Shown one piece after another: positions 24,667 through 35,835 of a stretch of 64,000 nucleotides of DNA. Made by a program: the position numbers and the translations under genes. Source of the stretch: Auanema rhodensis (lineage: Eukaryota; Animalia; Nematoda); NCBI GenBank assembly GCA_964057225.1, contig OZ059899.1, forward strand, positions 4,278,001-4,342,000, in the 5' to 3' direction. Positions within the stretch are counted from its first letter, which is position 1, and the number at the start of each line of letters is the position of its first letter. The notes under the pieces are model-generated. The model was not told the DNA's origin and did no database searches. It saw nothing but the letters and a program-made list of their open reading frames with translations.

Positions 24667-27600
24667 CAAACCAATAGGCATGCAAGTCATGCATATCGAA
24701 CTCCGAGATCAAACCAACGATCTTCCCACATATGAAGAAACATTAGAGCTAGTAAGTCAACCTGATCAGCCAATACCAAAGAATATAATGAAACAGTACT
24801 ATCCATCGTTTCTCACTTTAGTTCCACTAGCTATGCCCATAGTTTGTTCAGTTTGCAATCGCAAAGACCAAACTCTACCACTGCTATTGATGACTGTTAA
24901 CGATAGACTAATCCTAACTCTTTGGGATTCAGGATCATCGATTAGTTATATCAGACTTTCGACATTACATTACTTAACTCTGAATGATTTTGTAAAAAAG
25001 GATAAATCAGTTGCAACGACAGCAAACGGATCAGCATTTCGATTTCTGGGAACAATTGATTTAACCGTAGAAATTGCTGGATATGAAATAGATCATACAT
25101 TCTTCATTTCAAGAGATGAAGACTGTCCATCACCAGCATTAATTGGATTAGATTTTATGAAAACACTCGATCGTCAAAATATCGGTATGAAACTTCGACC
25201 ATTCAAACAAACGTTAGAAATCGGAAACCGCGTAGTACCGTTAGCCAATGGAAATAACGGGAATATTAGAAAAACATCATTTGTCATTAATTTGATAAAC
25301 TTAAATCCACAATGTATCTTTCCTCATCAGACCTGTAGAATACCAGTAAGGTTAGCTGAACCCATATCACACAACGAAGTCGCCATGCTACAACCCGATG
25401 AAGAAAAGACGATATCTACCACCTACGAAACAGCATTTCGAGACGTCAATTCAATTACCATGACATTCAAAAACAACACTGATCATCCTATTGATCTATC
25501 ACCCGGAAACATTATTGACAAAGCAAAAATAGGCGTACTGCCACAATACGAGATCTTTACGACCGAACACAATCCAGACTATATACCACCCGAAGCGGAT
25601 TGGGAAAATAAATTACCTCATTTTCCTCAAGACTTTATGAACGATCTTGATTTAAAAGACGCCGACCTAACTAAAGAACAAAAAGATCTTCTTCAGCTTT
25701 GTATTCTACGTAATAGAGACGCATTTTTAAATGAGGATAAACAAATAGGACTATTTAAAGGACCTGTAGAGCATTCAATACCTCTAAGAACAGATATGGA
25801 CATGCCTAGACCGCGTATAACGCGTATCCCTATAGGCAAACAAGAAGAAGTCGAAAGACAGGTACAGGAGATGCTGAAGCAAAATATAATTGAACCATCC
25901 ACATCTCTTTTCAATAGTCCTGTAGTTTTAGTCAAAAAGAAAGATGAAACATTCCGTTTCGTAACCGATTTCCGTGCTCTAAATAACGTCACTCGCAAGC
26001 AAACGTACATCATACCTAACATCTCTGACATTGTCGATATGGCAGCCGGATCACAATATTTTTCTAACTTTGATTTAGTATCCGGATTCTTCCAAATAGC
26101 ATTAAAGAAATCAGATCGACCATTAACAGCATTTACAACAAACACCGGTACTTATCAATATAGAAGGATGCCTATGGGGTTATGTGGAGCGCCACATACC
26201 TTTCAAACAGCAGTACGATACCTTCAAAGCCGATGTAAATGCCGACTCTTTGTTTATTTGGATGATCTACTCGTTATATCAGACACTGCAGAACAACATC
26301 TTGACGATATAGCTGAGATTCTCAGAGAAGTAAAGAAATTAGGCATGAAAATAAAACTCAAGAAATGCGCTTTTGCAAGACCTGAAGTAAAATTTCTTGG
26401 TTTAATTGTCGGAAGAGATGGGGTCAAACCAGATCCACAGAAAGTCTCCGCCATTCAAGACTATCCTGCTCCAAAGTCACCTACAGGAGTAAGAGCATTT
26501 TTGGGAATGGTAGGATTCTTTCGGAAATTTATTAAGGATTTTGCACACATCGCAAGCCCTTTATACGACCTTACAAAACTTGATGTGGAATTTCAATGGA
26601 ATGACAAAAGTCAACAAGCTGTTGATACACTAAAAAGAAAATTGATCCAAGCACCGGTCTTAAAACCACCAAGATCAGACCGTATGTTCATTATAGAAAG
26701 TGACGGTAGTAATATCGCAGTGGGAGCAGTGTTATTACAACCTGAAGAACCCAATGAACCACTCAAAAACTTACATCCAATTGCATTTGCAAGCCGTAAA
26801 CTTGTAAAAGCAGAACGTAACTATGCTCCTATTGAAATAGAAGCGTTAGGACTCGTATACGCTTTAGCTCAGTTTCGAACATATATACTTGGATCACATA
26901 CAATCTGTATTACAGACCATCGACCATTAACAAGCTTATTGACTCGTAGAGACCTTTTTGGAAGACTAGCAAAATTTCAATTAGTCATACAGGAATACGA
27001 TATCGAGATAAGATACCGAGAAGGCAGACTAAACAAAGTCTGTGATGCTCTCTCACGATACATTGGAGATGAAGCAAACGATCCTAAACCGGAAAAGAAA
27101 AAGAAAACAAAAGAAATTCCGAAAGCTCAAATTAATTTCGTTAATGTACCTGACATTAGAGCAATTCAAGAGGATACACCTTGGATAAAGAGAACTATCG
27201 CCGAAATAGAATACAGAGCGAAAAAGAACATGCTTTCTAATGATCGTTATTGTGTTATTGACAACATGTTATACACAAAACCAAGCAGAAAACGACCACA
27301 CCCAGCTTTGATTTTACCAAGGGAAAGCGAACTTATCAACAAGGTTATCGAAGAATTTCACGAAGACCCAGCAATTGGAGCACATCAAGGAATTAACAAA
27401 ACTAAAGAAGCCATACTACGAAGATTCTGCTGGACAAATATGCAAACGGACATAGCAATTTTTGTGAAACAATGCGTTAAATGCGCACAAAGGAAGAAAG
27501 ATCCTCACGCTATGACCGTTCAGCCTATGGGTCAATTTGAAATACCATCAAAACCATTTGAGAGAATACATATGGATATTATGGGACCATTCCCTACTTC

Positions 27601-28567
27601 AAAAAGAAACAACAATTATGTCCTAACAATACAAGATTCATTCTCCAAATGGGCGACAACCATCGCTATACCAACAATTGTCACCGATGTCATCATTGAT
27701 AGATTCCTCAGGAATTTCGTATATATTTTTGGACCACCAAATCGTTTAATAACCGATCGTGGATCTAATTTTGTATCAAAGAAATTTGAAGAAATGTGTG
27801 AAAAACTTGGCATTAAACACGAGCCAACACTCCCTCATCAGAAAAACTCTAATGGACAAGTCGAAAGACTACACAGAACGCTAGAAGAAGGATTAACACA
27901 CTATCTCAACGAAGACGTAACTGATTGGGACATGTATTTACCAAAAATTACTTTTGCGTTAAATACAATAACACACGCAACCACAGGAATCTCTCCATAC
28001 ATAGCATTATTCGGAAAAGAAAGTCGTATGAGATTAGACAAAGAATTATTCCCCGAGACATTACAACCAGAGATCTTGGAAGAAATTGAGAATACCGAAT
28101 ATATCAGAGGAGAAAGAAGAACCATCATTCAAGAAAATCTTGCAAAACATCAAGAAACCGCGAAGAGAAAACATGATGGACGACAACGAATAGAAGAAAG
28201 AGATATCCGAAAAGGAGACCAAGTTATGTTAGCAATTAAAGCGCATAAACCAGGTCAAAAGCTTCGCAAATCATATGATGGACCATTTGAAGTCATCAAC
28301 GTTGAAGGAAACATGGTACAACTCAAGAATCCATTTGGAAAAATTCAAGACGTACACAAAGACAATCTCAAACTTTTTGAACGCAAAATGAAGCATACAA
28401 TCGCTCAAAACACGCGATCAAATACAACGACTTATGACACGGACGACGACAGCGATATTGAGATCATAAAAGTCATAAATGGTAACGATAACTATGACTC
28501 TACTGAAGAAACAGAACCAGAAGACCCATCGGACCAAAATTGGCTACCACCAAGAAGAAGACGATGA
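22988..28567 (+). CDS. pol: Polyprotein part 2: C-terminal half of Env plus TM, then aspartic protease, RT, RNase H, integrase
   Basis: Protease LWDSGS (DSG at 24926-24934) and LIGLDF. RT YLDD at 26255-26266. RNase H ESDGS..AVGAVL, E.EAL, TDHRPL, DALSR. Integrase HHCC (FHED..GAH...CVKC), D-D-E (HMDIMGP, TDRGSNF, NGQVER) and YDGPF. The frame is open from 22943, -1 relative to ORF1. Confidence 0.95.
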   Translation: MPPIRKQLLTDQEERNSKFIKDTIDLVHELKTLVTLRRNKTAADIDDIKFINLPSSRMFVLDTDKLFYDIKNNFGIPIGPHPKLIEPNNISKDLLLEIFLPLLNDNILPNTSSRISSEQLKRLMTEKIQLKSLQTTTRAPSNAAGGAAEMAALPIIDREALITTDPAILPQTSTSPRAAAATTARAPSSMAQPETTARHTTATTTARATISTRAPPTTILYAVHQDQQIPIMEETTYTPISLIRKHRASSTPTATDIESVQANAQYIATKIDSEQQFRQNITSRIAQDHLQYATTMIQEELQKHFKESYESICEIQNRYLELWRSILQIEPTIAMRTILGREDIAARFVGSEILHIHVCPVVLQKTIYHNHTVNGTCYLETPVLTQEGQLLFAAPGSKDLLPHGKEINCDHVPTDVWSIDGEWKGINGTVDVSLISMWDGLHHEKITPLKFTGAHLYTNLSSRVYSMTTAIAYGASLASIRQNHVLHTIHHDPKISSAFSILKKSSDYISKANEFTKSTWNSFVDTIAGTIERTLITIGAITIIVVILIVLAFVAKIYFFKPIGMQVMHIELRDQTNDLPTYEETLELVSQPDQPIPKNIMKQYYPSFLTLVPLAMPIVCSVCNRKDQTLPLLLMTVNDRLILTLWDSGSSISYIRLSTLHYLTLNDFVKKDKSVATTANGSAFRFLGTIDLTVEIAGYEIDHTFFISRDEDCPSPALIGLDFMKTLDRQNIGMKLRPFKQTLEIGNRVVPLANGNNGNIRKTSFVINLINLNPQCIFPHQTCRIPVRLAEPISHNEVAMLQPDEEKTISTTYETAFRDVNSITMTFKNNTDHPIDLSPGNIIDKAKIGVLPQYEIFTTEHNPDYIPPEADWENKLPHFPQDFMNDLDLKDADLTKEQKDLLQLCILRNRDAFLNEDKQIGLFKGPVEHSIPLRTDMDMPRPRITRIPIGKQEEVERQVQEMLKQNIIEPSTSLFNSPVVLVKKKDETFRFVTDFRALNNVTRKQTYIIPNISDIVDMAAGSQYFSNFDLVSGFFQIALKKSDRPLTAFTTNTGTYQYRRMPMGLCGAPHTFQTAVRYLQSRCKCRLFVYLDDLLVISDTAEQHLDDIAEILREVKKLGMKIKLKKCAFARPEVKFLGLIVGRDGVKPDPQKVSAIQDYPAPKSPTGVRAFLGMVGFFRKFIKDFAHIASPLYDLTKLDVEFQWNDKSQQAVDTLKRKLIQAPVLKPPRSDRMFIIESDGSNIAVGAVLLQPEEPNEPLKNLHPIAFASRKLVKAERNYAPIEIEALGLVYALAQFRTYILGSHTICITDHRPLTSLLTRRDLFGRLAKFQLVIQEYDIEIRYREGRLNKVCDALSRYIGDEANDPKPEKKKKTKEIPKAQINFVNVPDIRAIQEDTPWIKRTIAEIEYRAKKNMLSNDRYCVIDNMLYTKPSRKRPHPALILPRESELINKVIEEFHEDPAIGAHQGINKTKEAILRRFCWTNMQTDIAIFVKQCVKCAQRKKDPHAMTVQPMGQFEIPSKPFERIHMDIMGPFPTSKRNNNYVLTIQDSFSKWATTIAIPTIVTDVIIDRFLRNFVYIFGPPNRLITDRGSNFVSKKFEEMCEKLGIKHEPTLPHQKNSNGQVERLHRTLEEGLTHYLNEDVTDWDMYLPKITFALNTITHATTGISPYIALFGKESRMRLDKELFPETLQPEILEEIENTEYIRGERRTIIQENLAKHQETAKRKHDGRQRIEERDIRKGDQVMLAIKAHKPGQKLRKSYDGPFEVINVEGNMVQLKNPFGKIQDVHKDNLKLFERKMKHTIAQNTRSNTTTYDTDDDSDIEIIKVINGNDNYDSTEETEPEDPSDQNWLPPRRRR

Positions 28568-29257
28568 AAGAAATAATTTCGAGATTGATAAAATTATTGT
28601 AAAACTTTGTATCAACTCTCTTTTAAAAAACCAGAGCTATTAATATTATTATATCATTGAAAAACTTGAGTAAGACGAGATGTAAGCTAATAATCAAAAA
28701 GCATTTCAGTTTCAAAGCATATATGATTATAAAACTTCATCAATTTCAAATAATTTCCCGTAAATAAAGAAGAAATGAAAGATAAGAGACATTATATTGC
28801 ATATTCATCTGAGCAACAGTCCTTATCAAGTAGTTAATGATTCAATTCCGGAAATTATATGGGATTTAATTTATTTTCATTTTTTTTTATTATTACAATT
28901 CGCTTTGAATACGCTGAAGAAACATGCTAGCTCCATCGATAATATAGCATGACTCTCGTTTCTCTATACTCAAACAAGTTAGACATGCAGCGTCGTGCCT
29001 AAAAAGCTATTTTGCGCACTCTCGCTGACAAAATATAGCCCTGGTATTCTAAAAGATTGTTTTATTCCTTAATATTCATGTATTTTCAAATAATTTTTAT
29101 TAAATTATTTTCAGATAATATTGTTTAACACTATATTGTAATTTATCTTTACTATTTTTATGTTAACATTGTAATTTTTATTTTTTAAAACTAAACCTTC
29201 TGCTACGATTGGAACAAGCCACATATTTTGCTATTCGCGAGGACGCGACATAAACTC

Positions 29258-29269
29258 GAAAAAATGGCA
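29258..29269 (+). promoter_or_regulatory. Putative polypurine tract (imperfect)
   Basis: GAAAAAATGGCA (10 of 12 purines) lies immediately before the 3' LTR. Confidence 0.5.
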
Positions 29270-29606
29270 CGTTCCATTCGGAAATCAATACGTAGCAGGC
29301 GGGTTAGAATCAGACGACATGAGGCTGAGAGAGGACGACACGCCCTTCATATGGAACACAGACTTCAGCTTTGCCTTATGGAATGACTATGGATGGTTGG
29401 TCTTCCTTTCTTAGCTCTCTTTCACTTTATATCTTTATGTAGACTTATATAACTTATTGTAATCATGTAGACATAATAAACCTTTCTTTCTCGAGTCTTA
29501 TGTTTATCCATTATGCTCTTTAACTACCGCTACATCTGGAATACTATCACACTCATCTTGTAGGCTTTATTGGTCTATAGGATCGACGTGAGAGCATAAC
29601 GGAACG
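29270..29606 (+). repeat. 3' LTR (337 bp)
   Basis: Identical by eye to 18162-18498; followed by the TSD TATT. Confidence 0.97.
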
Positions 29607-29610
29607 TATT
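29607..29610 (+). other. Target-site duplication TATT, right copy
   Basis: Matches 18158-18161, and the array resumes in register. Confidence 0.9.
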
Positions 29611-29704
29611 TCCTGATCTAATTTTTTTTTCAATCATTTTGTAAATCTCCTGAAAAAAAATAAATAAAAGTAAAGAACTTGAAGAATAAAACCAAAACTA
29701 CTGT

Positions 29705-29776
29705 TGGAGATATGGGGAATCGAACCCCAGACTTCTCGCATGCAAAGCGAGCGCTCTACCCCTGAGCTATATCCCC
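29705..29776 (-). tRNA. tRNA-Ala(TGC), first copy right of the retroelement
   Basis: Consensus 72-nt sequence. Confidence 0.95.
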
Positions 29777-32700
29777 ACATTCGACAAAGTCAATGACTGT
29801 GAGTTTGTTCAAACTTGAAGAACCTCTTGATAAAAAATTTTAGTTGTGAATATTAATTTCCTAATCTAATTTTTTTTTCAATCATTTTGTAAATCTCCTG
29901 AAAAAAAATATAGAAAAGTAAAGAACTTGAAGAATAAAACCAAAACTACAGTTGGAGATATGGGGAATCGAACCCCAGACTTCTCGCATGCAAAGCGAGC
30001 GCTCTACCCCTGAGCTATATCCCCACATTCGACAGAATATATGACTGTGAGTTTGTTCAAACTTGAAGAACCTCTTGATCAAAAATTTTAGTTGTGAATA
30101 TTAATCTCCTAATCTAATTTTTGTTTCAATCATTTTGTAAATCTCCTGAAAAAAATATATAAAAGTAAAGAACTTGAAGAATAAAACCAAAACTACGGTT
30201 GGAGATATGGGGAATCGAATCCCAGACTTCTCGCATGCAAAGCGAGCGCTCTACCCCTGAGCTATATCCTCACATTTGACAGAATATATGACTGTGAGTT
30301 TGTTCAAACTTGAAAAACCTCTTGATCAAAAATTTTAGTTGTGAATATTAATTTCCTAATCTAATTTTTCTTTCAATCATTTTGTAAATTTCCTGAAAAA
30401 AAATTTATAAAAGTAAAGAACTTGAAGAATGAAACCAAAACTACTGTTGGAGATATGGGGAATCGAACCCCAGACTTCTCGCATGCAAAGCGAGCGCTCT
30501 ACCCCTGAGCTATATCCCCACATTTGACAGAATATATGACTGTGAGTTTGTTCAAACTTGAAGAACCTCTTGATCAAAAATTTTAGTTGTGAATATTAAT
30601 TTCCTAATCTAATTTTTCTCTCAATCATTTTGTAAATCTCCTGAAAAAAAATATAGAAAAGTAAAGAACTTGAAGAATAAAACCAAAACTACTGTTGGAG
30701 ATATGAGGAATCGAACCCCAGACTTCTCGCATGCAAAGCGAGCGCTCGACCCCTGAGCTATATCCCCACATTTGACAGAATATATGACTGTGAGTTTGTT
30801 CAAACTTGAAGAACCTCTTGATCAAAAATTTTAGTTGTGAATATTAATCTCCTAATCTAATTTTTGTTTCAATCATTTTGTAAATCTCTTGAAAAAAAAT
30901 ATAGAAAAGTTAAGAACTCGAAGAATAAAACCAAAACTACTGTTGGAGATATGGGGAATCGAACCCCAGACTTCTCGCATGCAAAGCGAGCGCTCTACCC
31001 CTGAGCTATATCCCCACATTCGACAGAATATATGACTGTGAGTTTGTTCAAACTTGAAGAACCTCTTGATCAAAAATTTTAGTTGTGAATATTAATTTCC
31101 TAATCTAATTTTTCTTTCAATCATTTTGTAAATTTCCTGAAAAAAAATATAGAAAAGTAAAGAACTTGAAGAATAAAACCAAAACTACTGTTGGAGATAT
31201 GGGGAATCGAACCCCAGACTTCTCGCATGCAAAGCTAGCGCTCTACCCCTGAGCTATATCCCCACATTTGACAGAATATATGACTGTGAGTTTGTTCAAA
31301 CTTGAAGAACCTCTTGATCAAAAATTTTAGTTGTGAATATTAATTTCCTAATCTAATTTTTCTTTCAATCATTTTGTAAATTTCCTGAAAAAAAATTTAT
31401 AAAAGTAAAGAACTTGAAGAATAAAACCAAAACTACTGTTGGAGATATGGGGAATCGAACCCCAGACTTCTCGCATGCAAAGCGAGCGCTCTACCCCTGA
31501 GCTATATCCCCACATTCGACAGAATATATGACTGTGAGTTTGTTCAAACTTGAAGAACCTCTTGATCAAAAATTTTAGTTGTGAATATTAATCTCCTAAT
31601 CTAATTTTTGTTTCAATCATTTTGTAAATCTCCTGAAAAAAATATAGAAAAGTAAAGAACTTGAAGAATAAAACCAAAACTACTGTTGGAGATATGGGGA
31701 ATCGAACCCCAGACTTCTCGCATGCAAAGCGAGCGCTCTACCCCTGAGCTATATCCGCACATTCGACAGAGTTAATGACTGTGAGTTTGTTCAAACTTGA
31801 AGAACCTCTTGATCAGAAATTTTAGTTGTGAATATTAATCTCCTAATCTAATTTTTCTTTCAATCATTTTGTAAATCTCCTGAAAAAAAATATAGAAAAG
31901 TAAAGAACTTGAAGAATAAAACCAAAACTACTGTTGGAGATATGGGGAATCGAACTCCAGACTTCTCGCATGCAAAGCGAGCGCTCTACCCCTGAGCTAT
32001 ATCCGCACATTCGACAGAGTTAATGACTGTGAGTTTGTTCAAACTTGAAGAACCTCTTGATCAAAAATCTAATTTTTGTTTCAATCATTTTGTAAATCTC
32101 CTGAAAAAAATATATAAAAGTAAAGAACTTGAAGAATGAAACCAAAACTACTGTTGGAGATATGGGGAATCGAACCCCAGACTTCTCGCATGCAAAGCGA
32201 GCGCTCTACCCCTGAGCTATATCCCCACATTCGACAAAGTCAATGACTGTGAGTTTGTTCAAACTTGAAGAACCTCTTGATCAGAAATTTTAGTTGTGAA
32301 TATTAATTTCCTAATCTTATTTTTCTTTCAATCATTTTGTAAATCTCCTGAAAAAAAAAATATAAAACTAAAGAACTTGAAGAATAAAACCAAAACTACT
32401 GTTGGAGATATGGGGAATCGAACCCCAGACTTCTCGCATGCAAAGCGAGCGCTCTACCCCTGAGCTATATCCCCACATTCGACAAAGTCAATGACTGTGA
32501 GTTTGTTCAAACTTGAAGAACCTCTTGATCAGAAATTTTAGTTGTGAATATTAATCTCCTAATCTAATTTTTCTTTCAATCATTTTGTAAATCTCTTGAA
32601 AAAAATATAGAAAAGTTAAGAACTCGAAGAATAAAACCAAAACTACTGTTGGAGATATGGGGAATCGAACCCCAGACTTCTCGCATGCAAAGCGAGCGCT

Positions 32701-33979
32701 CTACCCCTGAGCTATATTCCCACATTCGACAGAATATATGACTGTGAGTTTGTTCAAACTTGAAGAACCTCTTGATCAAAAATTTTAGTTGTTAATATTA
32801 ATTTCCTAATCTAATTTTTCTTTCAATCATTTTGTAAATTTTCTGAAAAAAAATATAGAAAAGTAAAGAACTTGAAGAATAAAACCAAAACTACTGTTGG
32901 AGATATGGGGAATCGAACCCCAGACTTCTCGCATGCAAAGCTAGCGCTCTACCCCTGAGCTATATCCCCACATTTGACAGAATATATGACTGTGAGTTTG
33001 TTCAAACTTGAAGAACCTCTTGATCAAAAATTTTAGTTGTGAATATTAATTTCCTAATCTAATTTTTCTTTCAATCATTTTGTAAATTTCCTGAAAAAAA
33101 ATTTATAAAAGTAAAGAGCTTGAAGAATAAAACCAAAACTACTGTTGGAGATATGGGGAATCGAACCCCAGACTTCTCGCATGCAAAGCGAGCGCTCTAC
33201 CCCTGAGCTATATCCCCACATTCGTCAGAGTTAATGACTGTGAGTTTGTTCAAACTTGAAGAACCTCTTGATCAAAAATTTTAGTTGTGAATATTAATTT
33301 TCTAATCTAATTTTTCTTTCAATCATTTTGTAAATTTCCTGAAAAAAAATATATAAAAGTAAAGAACTTGAAGAATAATACCAAAACTACAGTTGGAGAT
33401 ATGGGGAATCGAACCCCAGACTTCTCGCATGCAAAGCGAGCGCTCTACCCCTGAGCTATATCCCCACATTTGACAGAATATATGACTGTGAGTTTGTTCA
33501 AACTTGAAGAACCTCTTGATCAAAAATTTTAGTTGTGAATATTAATTTCCTAATCTAATTTTTCTTTCAATCATTTTGTAAATTTCCTGAAAAAAAATTT
33601 ATAAAAGTAAAGAACTTGAAGAATAAAACCAAAACTACTGTTGGAGATATGGGGAATCGAACCCCAGACTTCTCGCATGCAAAGCGAGCGCTCTACCCCT
33701 GAGCTATATCCCCACATTCGACAAAGTCAATGACTGTGAGTTTGTTCAAACTTGAAGAACCTCTTGATCAGAAATTTTAGTTGTGAATATTAATCTCCTA
33801 ATCTAAATTTTCTTTCAATCATTTTGTAATAAAACCAAAACTACTGTTGGAGATATGGGGAATCGAACCCCAGACTTCTCGCATGCAAAGCGAGCGCTCT
33901 ACCCCTGAGCTATATTCCCACATTCGACAGAATATATGACTGTGAGTTTGTTCAAACTTGAAGAACCTCTTGATCAAAA

Positions 33980-35835
33980 ATTCCCCATATCTCCAACAGT
34001 AATTTTGGTTTTATTCTTCGAGTTCTTAACTTTTATATATTTTTTTTCAGGAGATTTACAAAATGATTGAAAGAAAATTTAGATTAGGAGATTAATATTC
34101 ACAACTAAAATTTCTGATCAAGAGGTTCTTCAAGTTTGAACAAACTCACAGTCATTGACTTTGTCGAATGTGGGGATATAGCTCAGGGGTAGAGCGCTCG
34201 CTTTGCATGCGAGAAGTCTGGGGTTCGATTCCCCATATCTCCAACAGTAGTTTTGGTTTTATTCTTCAAGTTCTTTACTTTTATAAATTTTTTTTCAGGA
34301 AATTTACAAAATGATTGAAAGAAAAATTAGATTAGGAAATTAATATTCACAACTAAAATTTTTGATCAAGAGGTTCTTCAAGTTTGAACAAACTCACAGT
34401 CATATATTCTGTCAAATGTGGGGATATAGCTCAGGGGTAGAGCGCTCGCTTTGCATGCGAGAAGTCTGGGGTTCGATTCCCCATATCTCCAACTGTAGTT
34501 TTGGTATTATTCTTCAAGTTCTTTACTTTTATATATTTTTTTTCAGGAAATTTACAAAATGATTGAAAGAAAAATTAGATTAGAAAATTAATATTCACAA
34601 CTAAAATTTTTGATCAAGAGGTTCTTCAAGTTTGAACAAACTCACAGTCATTAACTCTGACGAATGTGGGGATATAGCTCAGGGGTAGAGCGCTCGCTTT
34701 GCATGCGAGAAGTCTGGGGTTCGATTCCCCATATCTCCAACAGTAGTTTTGGTTTTATTCTTCAAGCTCTTTACTTTTATAAATTTTTTTTCAGGAAATT
34801 TACAAAATGATTGAAAGAAAAATTAGATTAGGAAATTAATATTCACAACTAAAATTTTTGATCAAGAGGTTCTTCAAGTTTGAACAAACTCACAGTCATA
34901 TATTCTGTCAAATGTGGGGATATAGCTCAGGGGTAGAGCGCTAGCTTTGCATGCGAGAAGTCTGGGGTTCGATTCCCCATATCTCCAACAGTAGTTTTGG
35001 TTTTATTCTTCAAGTTCTTTACTTTTCTATATTTTTTTTCAGAAAATTTACAAAATGATTGAAAGAAAAATTAGATTAGGAAATTAATATTAACAACTAA
35101 AATTTTTGATCAAGAGGTTCTTCAAGTTTGAACAAACTCACAGTCATATATTCTGTCGAATGTGGGAATATAGCTCAGGGGTAGAGCGCTCGCTTTGCAT
35201 GCGAGAAGTCTGGGGTTCGATTCCCCATATCTCCAACAGTAGTTTTGGTTTTATTCTTCGAGTTCTTAACTTTTCTATATTTTTTTCAAGAGATTTACAA
35301 AATGATTGAAACAAAAATTAGATTAGGAGATTAATATTCACAACTAAAATTTTTGATCAAGAGGTTCTTCAAGTTTGAACAAACTCACAGTCATATATTC
35401 TGTCAAATGTGGGGATATAGCTCAGGGGTCGAGCGCTCGCTTTGCATGCGAGAAGTCTGGGGTTCGATTCCTCATATCTCCAACAGTAGTTTTGGTTTTA
35501 TTCTTCAAGTTCTTTACTTTTCTATATTTTTTTTCAGGAGATTTACAAAATGATTGAGAGAAAAATTAGATTAGGAAATTAATATTCACAACTAAAATTT
35601 TTGATCAAGAGGTTCTTCAAGTTTGAACAAACTCACAGTCATATATTCTGTCAAATGTGGGGATATAGCTCAGGGGTAGAGCGCTCGCTTTGCATGCGAG
35701 AAGTCTGGGGTTCGATTCCCCATATCTCCAACAGTAGTTTTGGTTTCATTCTTCAAGTTCTTTACTTTTATAAATTTTTTTTCAGGAAATTTACAAAATG
35801 ATTGAAAGAAAAATTAAATTAGGAAATTAATATTC
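33980..35835 (+). repeat. Inverted block of the array: 7 complete plus-strand tRNA-Ala(TGC) copies (starts 34172, 34420, 34668, 34916, 35164, 35411, 35659) plus a partial copy
   Basis: The unit appears in reverse complement. Junctions are at gatcaaaa-att-ccccatat (33980-33982) and aattaatat-tc-atattaatt (35834-35835). Confidence 0.95.
34172..34243 (+). tRNA. tRNA-Ala(TGC), representative plus-strand copy
   Basis: GGGGATATAGCTCAGGGGTAGAGC...TTTGCAT...CCCCATATCTCCA read directly on the plus strand. Confidence 0.96.

Larger units (their letters stand above)
18162..29606 (+). mobile_element. Full-length Ty3/gypsy (Metaviridae) LTR retroelement, 11,445 bp, carrying a gB-like env between gag and pol
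   Basis: Paired 337-bp LTRs, 4-bp TSD, PBS, Gag capsid, and PR-RT-RH-IN order with gypsy-type RT motifs (FRFVTDFRALN, FDLVSGFFQI, MPMGL, YLDD) and a GPF integrase module. Confidence 0.97.
29607..33982 (-). repeat. tRNA-Ala(TGC) 248-bp tandem array, about 18 units
   Basis: Same unit and orientation as the left arm; includes short-deletion units at ~32068 and ~33828. Confidence 0.97.

Noticed and set aside
19841-28128. Antisense and alternate-frame ORFs within the retroelement (60-184 aa)
   Set aside because: These are shadows of the long sense ORFs with no independent motifs or evidence.
28568-29269. Conventional env or accessory ORF downstream of pol
   Set aside because: No ORF of 60 aa or more; this is an AT-rich 3' UTR.
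18162-29606. Classification as BEL/Pao (the nematode group known to carry env) or as a tRNA-derived SINE array host
   Set aside because: The RT, RNase H and integrase motifs and the 4-bp TSD fit Ty3/gypsy, and Gag has no BEL-type triple zinc knuckle. The array units are full tRNAs with terminators and lack SINE tails or TSDs.
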